Shown here: one piece after another, positions 24,943-35,801 of the stretch
Numbering within the stretch: the stretch's first letter is position 1
Layout: the number at the start of each line of letters is the position of its first letter
From: Bacteroidota bacterium
GTDB taxonomy: Bacteria > Bacteroidota > Bacteroidia > Flavobacteriales_F > PHOS-HE28
Reading direction: 5' to 3'
Length of the DNA stretch: 46,503 nt
NCBI GenBank assembly: GCA_963169595.1
Contig: CAUJFM010000334.1
Location: forward strand, 1 to 46,503
Made by a program: the position numbers and the translations under genes
Notes under the pieces: model-generated
Seen by the model: only the letters and a program-made list of their open reading frames with translations
Told to the model about the DNA's origin: nothing
Database searches by the model: none

Positions 24943-27900
24943 CTACGGCAGTTGTTCGTCGCGCGTCAGCGTGGGGACCACACCACCGATGTTGAGCAGG
25001 ATCAGATCGCGGTCGTTGCCACCACCCGTGTAGAGGATCTCCCCATCCATGGTGACATCCTGCTGGTGATAACCCGGGGCTGATGCGTTCGTGGGCACGA
25101 CCCCGCCCACGGCGCTCAGGATCGGGTCGCGATCGTTGTCCTCACCTGTGTAGCGCAACACATCATCGCGGAGCACATTGCCTGCCCAGAGCAGCATGCG
25201 TGATACATCTGTCCGGCGTGCATCCGTTCCGTAGGTCGCTGTGGCCGCATGGGTCAGATCGATGTTCGCCGCCGTTCCGCTCAGGGCCACCGTAGCAGCG
25301 GTCATGCAGCCCAGGTGGTTCCGATGACGCACCGCCACGTGATAATTCCCCGCAGTGGCCGCGAAGGTCACCGGCGAAACACCGTCCTTGTCCACCACAT
25401 CACCATCGCGCTGCACCAGGGCGGCACGGGTCGCGACAATGGTCGTTGGAGCGCTGGCATTGCGGAGTTCGAGCAGCACCCAGTCCACGATGGCATTATC
25501 GCCCGTAACGGCCAGAACGGCTGCATCCGTGGTCTCACCAGTGACCGGACCTGCCGTGCGCATGCCGAGCGAAGTGAACGGCTCGCTGAGTGGCAGCAGC
25601 CCTTCCGCACGCAGGTCATCGCGCATGCGATCGGTGCCCGGGTCGTAAGGGCCTTGCAGCATCAGGTCCACGGCCACACGCACACCGTTGCTCTCCACCA
25701 CCACGTTGTCCAGGTAGAGCCAATTGCCATAGTCATTGATGCCCGTGAACCGGACCATCACGGAGCCGCCGTCGTAGGTGCTCAGGTCGATATCGTTCAG
25801 GCGCCATTGCGAGCAGTTCGTGGGGGTCCACGATGATGCGAAGGGCGGTGCGGTGGCCAGTACGGGACCGCTTTGTTCGAACACGGTGGACCAAGTGGCG
25901 CCGCAATCGCCGCTGACCTCCACCCGCAGGCCGTCCTCATACCCCGCGCCATACATCGCATAGGCATGGTGGAACTTCAGTCGGGTGCCGGCTGAAGGAC
26001 CAAGGTCCACGACCGGCGAGATCAAGCGGTCCTCCTGGCCGATGCTGACATAGCCGTAGTAGTTGATGGACCAGGCACGGCTGCTGGCACAAAGCGCTCC
26101 ATTGGTGAGCTGGGTGGTGCCCCAGGTGATGCCACTATCCGGGTTCTTCAGGGTCCAACCCGCCGGCGTAGCGCTACCACCTTCCACGTCCTGGGTGTAG
26201 GTCGCCGGCATGACCATGGCCGCAGTCGGGCTTACCGATCGTGTTTGTTGGTCGTTCGCGGTGAGCTGGTCTCCCGGCAATACGGTGGAGACCACGAATG
26301 TGAACGGTCCGCTTCCTGTGAACTGGGCCCCTTGACTGAAGGTGAACGTGGCCAGCGTGCTCGCACCGATCGTGCCGGTGAAGGTCTCGGTGACCGGCGT
26401 ACCTCCGTTCACGCTGTAAGAGACCGGGAAGTTGCTCTGAGGTTCTGAACCATAGTTGCGGATCTGCACCACCACGGCCACCGGCTCATCGAGGCAGGTG
26501 AAGGGGTCCTCAGCAGGGGAAACGATGGAGTGAACCCCCACGTTGTTGGGCACCGGCAAGTCGAAGGCCTCGCTTTGGTCGGTGCGGCTGGTGGTCGAAC
26601 CCTGGTTGGCACTTGCGCCCAGACCGCGCCGGGCGAAAGCTGCCCAGATGTAGGGCTGGTTCACCCCGCCGTTGTTGATCTGATCGGCCAGCAGGATGGC
26701 GTCGCGGCCATCCACGAAGCCGGGGTTGCATGGCGTCAGCTTCAGGCCATCGATCACCAGCTGCATGGCGATGTTGTTGCCGCCGGTACCGTTGTAGATG
26801 TCCGGATCGAAGCCGTACACACCGATCAGTTCCCAGGTCATCTCCCACAGCATGGTGCACCAAACAAAACCGACACCGTGGGGTGCGGGTAGGGCCGTGT
26901 TGTTCGTGCTGGCATAGGTGTAGTTGTTCACACCGAAGTTCGTGCTGTAGGGTGCCGGCCGGATGCCAGCGCCGGTGGTGGGTTGCCCCAGTGCGTAGGT
27001 GCCGATGCCACGCCCCATGGGGCCGGTATCCCCCGTCCTCATGGTCATCACCAGGCTGAAGAAATCGCTCCAGCCCTCGCCCATCTGCTCGTTGTTGCCC
27101 AGGCAGCTTGTGTTGGACGGACCGCCCACCAGCCGGTTGCTGATGCCGTGACCATACTCGTGGGCGATGATGCCGTTGTCCAGGTCGCTCGTGCGGTCGG
27201 GGTTGGGTTGGGTCCACACATACATCTGCATGCGGGGATTGCTCCCGTCCGGTGGTGTGCCGAAGTTGGCGTTGTTCGTGCCACTGCCATCCAGTGCATC
27301 GGCGAACACGAAATCATTGCCCGCCCCGCCACGTCCGTAGTTGTTCTGCTGGAAGTTGCCGGACACTTCATCGAAACCGTACTGGTACCAGACATCGTGC
27401 ATCAGGTTGTTCCAGTAGAACAGGTTGGTGATGGCCGCGCTCTGGTAGTTGGAGGGTGTCTGGGTCAGGTTGATGGGGAAGTCGAAGTCGAGGTTCGCGC
27501 CGCCATCCGGGCTGAAACCACCGGTGTTGTTGGCATCGGTGTCCTCCTGGGCCTGCACGTTGTTCCCCTTGGTGATGGTGTGTTCCGCACCAGCGGCTCC
27601 ATTGGTGTCATGCCAGCCATAGGGTGAAGCGATATCTCCGTCGAGCCAAGGTGCGTTCTCCAGTGTGCGTCCACCATGGCTGGGGCTCTCCAAGGGCCAG
27701 GCGTACACATTGTAGTCGTTGGGAGCTGCGGGAGCCGCCGGTGCGGATGGCGCTGCTGCAGGAGCGCCCTCAGCATGGTCGTGGTTGAAGGCGCACTGGC
27801 TCACCCAATCGTTCCGCTCCAGTTCAAGGCCTGTCTCCGCATCGATGCGCACGTTCCACCAGTGGCTGCCATCGGGCGTGTAGTGGTTCACGTTCCACGC

Positions 27901-28416
27901 CAGCCGGAGCAGATCACCCTGTGGAACGAAGTAGAGTTGAACCGTCATCTCGGTGCCTCCGGTGCCCGAGCCGTCATACCGGAAGCGTCGTCCGCCTTCC
28001 TCTGCAGCGATCAGGGCAGGGGGCGGGGTCCCGGGCAGTGTGCGGGAAAGGACAGTGGCCAAGGCTTGCCCGGCCGTGACCTTCGGTTCGGTGGTGTTGG
28101 CCCGCTTGGCCAGGCGTGGCCAGCTTCCATTGTTCACGCGCAGCACTTCGCCCCCTGCCCCCCGGTGGATGGCCAGATCGCCGTTCCAGATCTCGATGCC
28201 CTGCCAGCGCTGGCGCATGTAGAGGTGGCGGACCCCGTTGTGGGCGGTGGTGTACTCATCCTTCATCACCAGATCGGACAGGTCCTGTTCCAGGTATCCC
28301 GCACGGGTCAGCGTGGCGCGGACATCGGCGGGGAGGTCCGCCTTCCGGTCCTGGGCGCTGGTAAGGCTTGGCAGAAGGGCAAGAAAGAATCCGGGAAGAA
28401 GGGTGCGGAGGAGCAT
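24943..28416 (-). CDS. Secreted M36 (fungalysin-like) zinc metalloprotease. Contains an FTP propeptide, a MAM/choice-of-anchor-J-like module and an uncharacterised 246-aa C-terminal module.
   Basis: Track ORF 24943..29016 trimmed by 200 codons to the ATG at 28416. Signal peptide MLLRTLLPGFFLALLPSLTSA|QDR. Catalytic motifs IIAHEYGHGISNRLVGG and GEGWSDFF. The removed 5' extension is antisense to the bacilliredoxin gene. Confidence 0.85.
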   Translation of the reverse strand: MLLRTLLPGFFLALLPSLTSAQDRKADLPADVRATLTRAGYLEQDLSDLVMKDEYTTAHNGVRHLYMRQRWQGIEIWNGDLAIHRGAGGEVLRVNNGSWPRLAKRANTTEPKVTAGQALATVLSRTLPGTPPPALIAAEEGGRRFRYDGSGTGGTEMTVQLYFVPQGDLLRLAWNVNHYTPDGSHWWNVRIDAETGLELERNDWVSQCAFNHDHAEGAPAAAPSAPAAPAAPNDYNVYAWPLESPSHGGRTLENAPWLDGDIASPYGWHDTNGAAGAEHTITKGNNVQAQEDTDANNTGGFSPDGGANLDFDFPINLTQTPSNYQSAAITNLFYWNNLMHDVWYQYGFDEVSGNFQQNNYGRGGAGNDFVFADALDGSGTNNANFGTPPDGSNPRMQMYVWTQPNPDRTSDLDNGIIAHEYGHGISNRLVGGPSNTSCLGNNEQMGEGWSDFFSLVMTMRTGDTGPMGRGIGTYALGQPTTGAGIRPAPYSTNFGVNNYTYASTNNTALPAPHGVGFVWCTMLWEMTWELIGVYGFDPDIYNGTGGNNIAMQLVIDGLKLTPCNPGFVDGRDAILLADQINNGGVNQPYIWAAFARRGLGASANQGSTTSRTDQSEAFDLPVPNNVGVHSIVSPAEDPFTCLDEPVAVVVQIRNYGSEPQSNFPVSYSVNGGTPVTETFTGTIGASTLATFTFSQGAQFTGSGPFTFVVSTVLPGDQLTANDQQTRSVSPTAAMVMPATYTQDVEGGSATPAGWTLKNPDSGITWGTTQLTNGALCASSRAWSINYYGYVSIGQEDRLISPVVDLGPSAGTRLKFHHAYAMYGAGYEDGLRVEVSGDCGATWSTVFEQSGPVLATAPPFASSWTPTNCSQWRLNDIDLSTYDGGSVMVRFTGINDYGNWLYLDNVVVESNGVRVAVDLMLQGPYDPGTDRMRDDLRAEGLLPLSEPFTSLGMRTAGPVTGETTDAAVLAVTGDNAIVDWVLLELRNASAPTTIVATRAALVQRDGDVVDKDGVSPVTFAATAGNYHVAVRHRNHLGCMTAATVALSGTAANIDLTHAATATYGTDARRTDVSRMLLWAGNVLRDDVLRYTGEDNDRDPILSAVGGVVPTNASAPGYHQQDVTMDGEILYTGGGNDRDLILLNIGGVVPTLTRDEQLP

Positions 28417-28545
28417 GGAGCGGGGCTGAGTGCAGGCAAAGTACCCCTTGAACAACGCACGAGGCAAGTTGGTGCGGGCGCATGGTAGGGATCCCACCGG
28501 ATGTCTCGCGATGTGTTCGTGGTCGGGACGGGTGGGTGGCGGGGC

Positions 28546-28553
28546 TACTTTTG
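28546..28553 (+). promoter_or_regulatory. -7 promoter box (TACTTTTG) for the bacilliredoxin gene
   Basis: Exact TAnnTTTG match, 28 nt upstream of the ATG at 28582 and 49 nt upstream of the ATG at 28603. Confidence 0.45.
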
Positions 28554-28602
28554 TGCCCGCTCCGGTCGCTGTTGACCGGGCATGACCGAACCCGTTAGAA
28601 CC

Positions 28603-29013
28603 ATGTATCCAGCAGAGCTCGTAGCCCCGATGAAGACCGACCTCACCACGGCCGGCTTCCAGGAACTCCATACCCCCGATCAAGTGGACAAGGCCCTCAC
28701 CCAGCCCGGTACCGTATTGTGCGTGGTGAACAGTGTGTGCGGCTGTGCGGCCGGTGCTGCACGCCCCGGCGTGAAGCTGAGCCTCAAGGGCGGCAAGCGT
28801 CCCGACCACCTGGTGACGGTCTTTGCCGGGGTGGACACCGATGCGGTGATCCAGGCCCGTAAGCATTTCCTGCCTTATCCGCCCAGCAGCCCGGCCATGG
28901 CGCTGTTCAAGGATGGCAAGCTGGTGCATTTCTTGGAGCGCCACCACATCGAGGGCCGCAGTGCCGAAATGATCGCGGACAACTTGATGATGGCCTACGA
29001 CGAGTTCTGCTGA
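28603..29013 (+). CDS. BrxA/BrxB-family bacilliredoxin (YphP/YqiW, DUF1094)
   Basis: The track ORF starts at 28582. I prefer the ATG at 28603, which gives the family-typical N-terminus MYPAELVAPMKTDLTTAGFQEL. Redox motif VVNSVCGCAAG (CGC). Confidence 0.8.
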   Translation: MYPAELVAPMKTDLTTAGFQELHTPDQVDKALTQPGTVLCVVNSVCGCAAGAARPGVKLSLKGGKRPDHLVTVFAGVDTDAVIQARKHFLPYPPSSPAMALFKDGKLVHFLERHHIEGRSAEMIADNLMMAYDEFC

Positions 29014-29035
29014 CAAAGGTCTTCGTTGAGAAAGC

Positions 29036-29071
29036 GGGAAACCCCGTCAGGCATTCCTGACGGGGTTTCCC
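29036..29071. terminator. Bidirectional hairpin terminator
   Basis: GGGAAACCCCGTCAGG (29036-29051) pairs with CCTGACGGGGTTTCCC (29056-29071). Perfect 16-bp stem and 4-nt loop, between convergent genes. Confidence 0.8.
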
Positions 29072-29104
29072 GTTCAAGGGCCGCTCGCGGAGCATGCGAT
29101 CGGA

Positions 29105-30592
29105 CTACCACCCCTTGACCCACCGCGTTGCCTGGTGGCTGCCGCCGCCCCAATGCACCCGCAGCACATAGGTGCCCGTGGGAAGATCGGTGATGGGCAG
29201 TTCGACGGTGTGGGAGCCCCCCCGCACGGTGCGGCCCGTGGCATCGAACAGATGCATACTGGCTGGCTTTTCGTCGTGCCGCAGGCGCAACGTGCTGGCA
29301 TCGGCCATCAGGTGCAGCCCGGGCCTCGTGTGTGTGTTGATGCCGGTTCCAACACGGGAGTGGATGCGCACCAGGTTCGCGTGCGAAGCACCGTCGAAGG
29401 TGGTGAAGGTGCCGCCCACGATCAGGTTGCCATCCGGCAATTGAAGGATGGTGAGTACCTCGATGCCGAACCAATCGTCCGCATCAGGCCCCGTGCCGGG
29501 GTCGAAGGTCGTGTCCAGCGCTCCCGTAGGTAGTATCCGCGCCAGCTGCCTGCGCTCCGTATCGCTGATGCGGCGGAACCACCCTCCGATGAGCAGTTTG
29601 CCATCGGGTTGCAGTGCTGCGCAGGTAATGGGGATCGGCCCGGCGATGACGGGACCTTCCGAAGGCCCCACGCCCGGATCGAAAGCGGTGTCCAGACTGC
29701 CATCAGCGTTCAGCCGGGCCATACGCGAGCGGAACACCTCGTTGTAGTACGTGAAGTCGCCGACGATGAAAGCGCCTCCATCCGATGCGACCGTCACCTT
29801 TTCCAGTCTGGTGTGGTAGCCGCCGTACGCGCCGGTCCCGGTGGTGAAGCCAGGGTCCACCGAACCATCCGGGAGGAACTGGATGATGTTGCGGTGGACT
29901 TCGCTGTTGAAGGTGCCGAAGGAACCAACGGCGAGCACGGTGCCGCTGGGCCGGATCGCCAGACCATTCACGACTGAGCCGAATGTACCGGGCTGTGGCC
30001 CGAAGGTGCCGACGGGTTGGAAGTCGGTGTCTGCGCTACCGTCGGCATTCAACCGTATGATGTTGCTGGCTGCGTTACCGTTGTATTGAGAGAAAGCGCC
30101 GCCCATCCAGATGTCCCCATCTGCCGCAACGGCCAACGCGCGCACCTCACTGTTCGGTCCGGTGCCGCTGAGGAAGGTGTCGTCGAGCGTGCCGTCGTTG
30201 TTCAGCCGGGCCAGGTGGGCCACGGCTGTGCCATCATAACCGGTGAAATAGCCCCCGATCAGCACTTTGCCATCGGCGGTACTGGCCAGAGTGTATACAG
30301 TTGGATCGACGATGGTGGTGCTGGTGAGGCCGGTGCCGGTGCTGAAACCTGCGTCCAAGGTGCCATCAGCGTGCAGGCGTGCCACCCCGCCCCGTGCAGT
30401 GCCGTTCACCTCGGTGAACCTGCCGCCGATGAGCAGCTTCCCATCGTGTTGTCGCACGATGCAGTATACCGGGCCATTGGTGCCTGCGGTGAAGGAAGGG
30501 TCCACCGTTCCATCCTGCGCACGTGTAGCGATGGGTTGGACAAGAAGCGCGATGATCGTGGCAAGGAGCGTGTTGCGTAGGAGGGGCCTCAT
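29105..30592 (-). CDS. Delta-60-repeat protein with a T9SS type-A C-terminal sorting domain
   Basis: 495 aa. Signal peptide ...LVQPIATRA|QDG. About 8 repeats of the form 'DGTLDxxF..GTG.n..V.alav..DGKiliGG.FT.yNG' are present. CTD: [11 protein letters not shown]...[23 protein letters not shown]. Confidence 0.8.
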   Translation of the reverse strand: MRPLLRNTLLATIIALLVQPIATRAQDGTVDPSFTAGTNGPVYCIVRQHDGKLLIGGRFTEVNGTARGGVARLHADGTLDAGFSTGTGLTSTTIVDPTVYTLASTADGKVLIGGYFTGYDGTAVAHLARLNNDGTLDDTFLSGTGPNSEVRALAVAADGDIWMGGAFSQYNGNAASNIIRLNADGSADTDFQPVGTFGPQPGTFGSVVNGLAIRPSGTVLAVGSFGTFNSEVHRNIIQFLPDGSVDPGFTTGTGAYGGYHTRLEKVTVASDGGAFIVGDFTYYNEVFRSRMARLNADGSLDTAFDPGVGPSEGPVIAGPIPITCAALQPDGKLLIGGWFRRISDTERRQLARILPTGALDTTFDPGTGPDADDWFGIEVLTILQLPDGNLIVGGTFTTFDGASHANLVRIHSRVGTGINTHTRPGLHLMADASTLRLRHDEKPASMHLFDATGRTVRGGSHTVELPITDLPTGTYVLRVHWGGGSHQATRWVKGW

Positions 30593-30694
30593 GTGTTGGA
30601 GCTCGGATCGGTCGTTGGGGAGGTATCATGGTTCATCGGGAAGGGTGGTCGGATGTGAACGATCGGGCATGCACGCAGAAATGACATCCACGGC

Positions 30695-30725
30695 AAAAGG
30701 GCCGCCCCTTGCGAGACGGCCCCTT
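30695..30725 (-). terminator. Probable rho-independent terminator of gdhA (minus strand)
   Basis: On the minus-strand transcript, GGGCCG pairs with CGGCCC (plus-strand 30717-30722 with 30699-30704). The loop is 12 nt and the hairpin is followed by UUUU (plus-strand AAAA 30695-30698). It lies 24 nt after the gdhA stop. Confidence 0.45.
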
Positions 30726-30748
30726 CCCCTCTTCCAGGGTCGTATGCC

Positions 30749-33363
<2,615 letters not shown>

Positions 33364-33403
33364 CACCAAAGGGCTGCATCCGTGCGCCTGGCGGGGGTCC
33401 CCA

Positions 33404-33411
33404 CAAATGTA
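33404..33411 (-). promoter_or_regulatory. -7 promoter box (TACATTTG, minus strand) for dprA
   Basis: Plus-strand CAAATGTA. Exact TAnnTTTG match, 40 nt upstream of the ATG at 33363. This supports the trimmed start. Confidence 0.45.
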
Positions 33412-33419
33412 AACGCCCC

Positions 33420-35801
33420 ATGATGAGGTCGGTCGCCGTGCTGTTGGCCCTGGCATTCGCGCATCTTACATCCGCCCAAAGCACCCTGCTGAAAGGATCG
33501 GTGCGCGACAGTTTGAGCGGTGAGCCGCTGATCGGCGTGAACGTGACCCATGCGCCCGGGAAAGGAGCGGCCACGGATGTGAACGGGGCCTATGGCATGC
33601 AGCTTCCCCCCGGACCATACACCATCACGTTCTCGTTCGTGGGCTACACCACGATCACCCGGTCGATCACCGTGCCCGAAGCCAACTCCCTGACCCTGGA
33701 TGTGCGCATGAGCCCATCAGCCAAGCAGCTGGACATGGTGGTGGTGAGCGCCGGACGGTTCGAACAGCGGGTGGGGGAGGTGACCCAGTCCCTCAGTGTG
33801 CTGCGACCCGAGATCGTGCTGAACAAGAACATGACCAGCATGGACCAGGCCCTGGACCAGGTGCCGGGCGTGGTGGTGGTGGACGAGGACCCGCAGATCC
33901 GGGCGGGCAGCGGCTTCAGCTATGGAGCGGGCAGCAGGGTGCAGGTGCTGGTGGACGACATGCCCATACTCAGCGGCGATATCGGGCGACCGAACTGGAC
34001 CTTCCTGCCCTTGGAGAACCTGGAGCAGGTGGAGGTGATCAAGGGGGCATCCTCGGTGCTTTACGGAAGCGCAGCCCTGAGCGGTGTGATCAACGTGCGC
34101 ACGGCCTATCCGCGCAGCGAGCCGCGCACGCGTGCCACCGCCTTCACGGGCATGTACGACACCCCCGGCCAGGCGGGCGCGAAGTGGTGGGGTGATAATG
34201 CGCCGTTGTTCAGTGGTGCCAACTTCTTCCACAGCCGGCAGATCGGGCAGTTGGACCTGGTGTTGGGCGGTAATGCCTTCACCGATGCCGGTTTTGTGGG
34301 ACCGGAGCCGATCCCTGCGGATTCATTGGCCGCGGACCCGTTGCGCACCGCTCCCGGCGGTTATGACCAACGGGTGCGGATGAACGCGGGGCTGCGCTGG
34401 CGCAACAAGAAGGTGCAGGGGCTCACCTATGGCATCAGCGGCAACGTGATGCGCAGCCGGTCCACCAGCGTGTTCGTGTGGAACGACATCGAGGACGGCC
34501 TGTACCGGCCCAAGACCGGCACCGTGACCCGCACTCGGGGAGCTCAGTACTACCTGGACCCGCAGGTGAACTACCGCAGCGCCAAAGGCACCCGCCATAC
34601 CCTGCGCGGGCGTTTCCACCGCCAGGAGTTCGACAACGACAACGACCAGAGCAACTCGAACAGCACGATCTACGGCGAGTATCAGTTGCAGCAGGAGCTG
34701 GACCTGTTCGGTCCCACGATGATCACCACCGGGTTGGTAGTGCGCAGCACGAATTCCGAGGCCTTGTTGTACAGCGGCGATGAGGATGGCAATGGCCGCA
34801 ACACGTCGAGCAACATGGCCGGCTATCTGCAGGTGGACAAGAAGCTCATCGAGCGCATCGCCCTTTCACTCGGTATGCGCTACGAGCAGTTCACCGTGAA
34901 CGACGAGAGCGCCTCCGAGCCGGTGTTCCGTGCCGGTGCCACGTGGCAGGTGTTCGAGGCTACTTTTCTGCGTGCCAGCTATGGCCAGGGCTTCCGCTTT
35001 CCCACGATCGGCGAGCGCTACATCCGCACCGCCTTGGGTGTGTTGAACATCTATCCCAACCCCGAACTACGGGCCGAGCAGAGCTGGAACGTGGAGGCGG
35101 GCCTCAAGCAGGGCTTCAAGATCGGACGGTTCATGGGCTACGTGGACGCGGTCGTCTTCCGGCAGGACTTCCAGGATTACGTGGAGTTCACCTTTGGACA
35201 ATGGGTGCCGCCGACATTGACCAACCTGGGAGGTTTCGGTTTCAAGAGCGTGAACACCGGTGGCGCGCGCGTCACGGGTTACGAGTTCGAGGCGGTGGGC
35301 AAGGGGGCCATCGGCAAGGTGGACCTCACCCTGCTGATGGGATATACCCACACCCTTCCCGTGAGCACCACTCCGGACCTGGTCTATGCCACGGCGGTCA
35401 TGCCGAACACCCCGCCTTCCACGTACCGCAACACGAGCTATGACCCCACGAACAACATCCTGAAGTTCCGGGTGCAGGACCTGTTCCGCTTCGACCTGCA
35501 GGGTGACTGGAAGCGGTTGATGGCGGGGTTCAGTCTCCGTTACAACAGTCATGTGCGCAACATCGATCGGGTGTTCGTGGACCTGGATGAGGCCCAGTTC
35601 CTGACCACGGGGGTGAGTGAATGGATGGCCACGCATATCACCGGCGATCTCTTGGTGGATGCCCGCGTAGGGCTCAAACTGTCCAGGCAGGCCAAGATCG
35701 CCTTCATCGTGAACAACCTCACCAACGAGGTGTATTCCATCCGGCCGCTCTCCATCGAGGCGCCGCGCAGCATCCAGGTGCAGCTCAGCGTGAACCTATG
35801 A
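33420..35801 (+). CDS. TonB-dependent receptor with an N-terminal carboxypeptidase-regulatory-like domain
   Basis: Track ORF 33336..35801 trimmed to the ATG at 33420. Signal peptide MMRSVAVLLALAFAHLTSA|QST. CarbopepD_reg-like segment (LKGSVRDSLSGEPLIGVNVTH...GAYGMQLPPGPYTITFSFVGY). Plug-domain motifs (VVVDEDPQIRAGSG, LEQVEVIKGASSVLYGSAALSGVINV). C-terminal beta-barrel ending ...QVQLSVNL. Confidence 0.9.
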   Translation: MMRSVAVLLALAFAHLTSAQSTLLKGSVRDSLSGEPLIGVNVTHAPGKGAATDVNGAYGMQLPPGPYTITFSFVGYTTITRSITVPEANSLTLDVRMSPSAKQLDMVVVSAGRFEQRVGEVTQSLSVLRPEIVLNKNMTSMDQALDQVPGVVVVDEDPQIRAGSGFSYGAGSRVQVLVDDMPILSGDIGRPNWTFLPLENLEQVEVIKGASSVLYGSAALSGVINVRTAYPRSEPRTRATAFTGMYDTPGQAGAKWWGDNAPLFSGANFFHSRQIGQLDLVLGGNAFTDAGFVGPEPIPADSLAADPLRTAPGGYDQRVRMNAGLRWRNKKVQGLTYGISGNVMRSRSTSVFVWNDIEDGLYRPKTGTVTRTRGAQYYLDPQVNYRSAKGTRHTLRGRFHRQEFDNDNDQSNSNSTIYGEYQLQQELDLFGPTMITTGLVVRSTNSEALLYSGDEDGNGRNTSSNMAGYLQVDKKLIERIALSLGMRYEQFTVNDESASEPVFRAGATWQVFEATFLRASYGQGFRFPTIGERYIRTALGVLNIYPNPELRAEQSWNVEAGLKQGFKIGRFMGYVDAVVFRQDFQDYVEFTFGQWVPPTLTNLGGFGFKSVNTGGARVTGYEFEAVGKGAIGKVDLTLLMGYTHTLPVSTTPDLVYATAVMPNTPPSTYRNTSYDPTNNILKFRVQDLFRFDLQGDWKRLMAGFSLRYNSHVRNIDRVFVDLDEAQFLTTGVSEWMATHITGDLLVDARVGLKLSRQAKIAFIVNNLTNEVYSIRPLSIEAPRSIQVQLSVNL

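Noticed and set aside
28417-29016. A 200-codon N-terminal extension of the M36 protease ORF.
   Set aside because: The extension is antisense to the bacilliredoxin gene and has no protease-family features. A classical signal peptide begins at the internal ATG at 28416.
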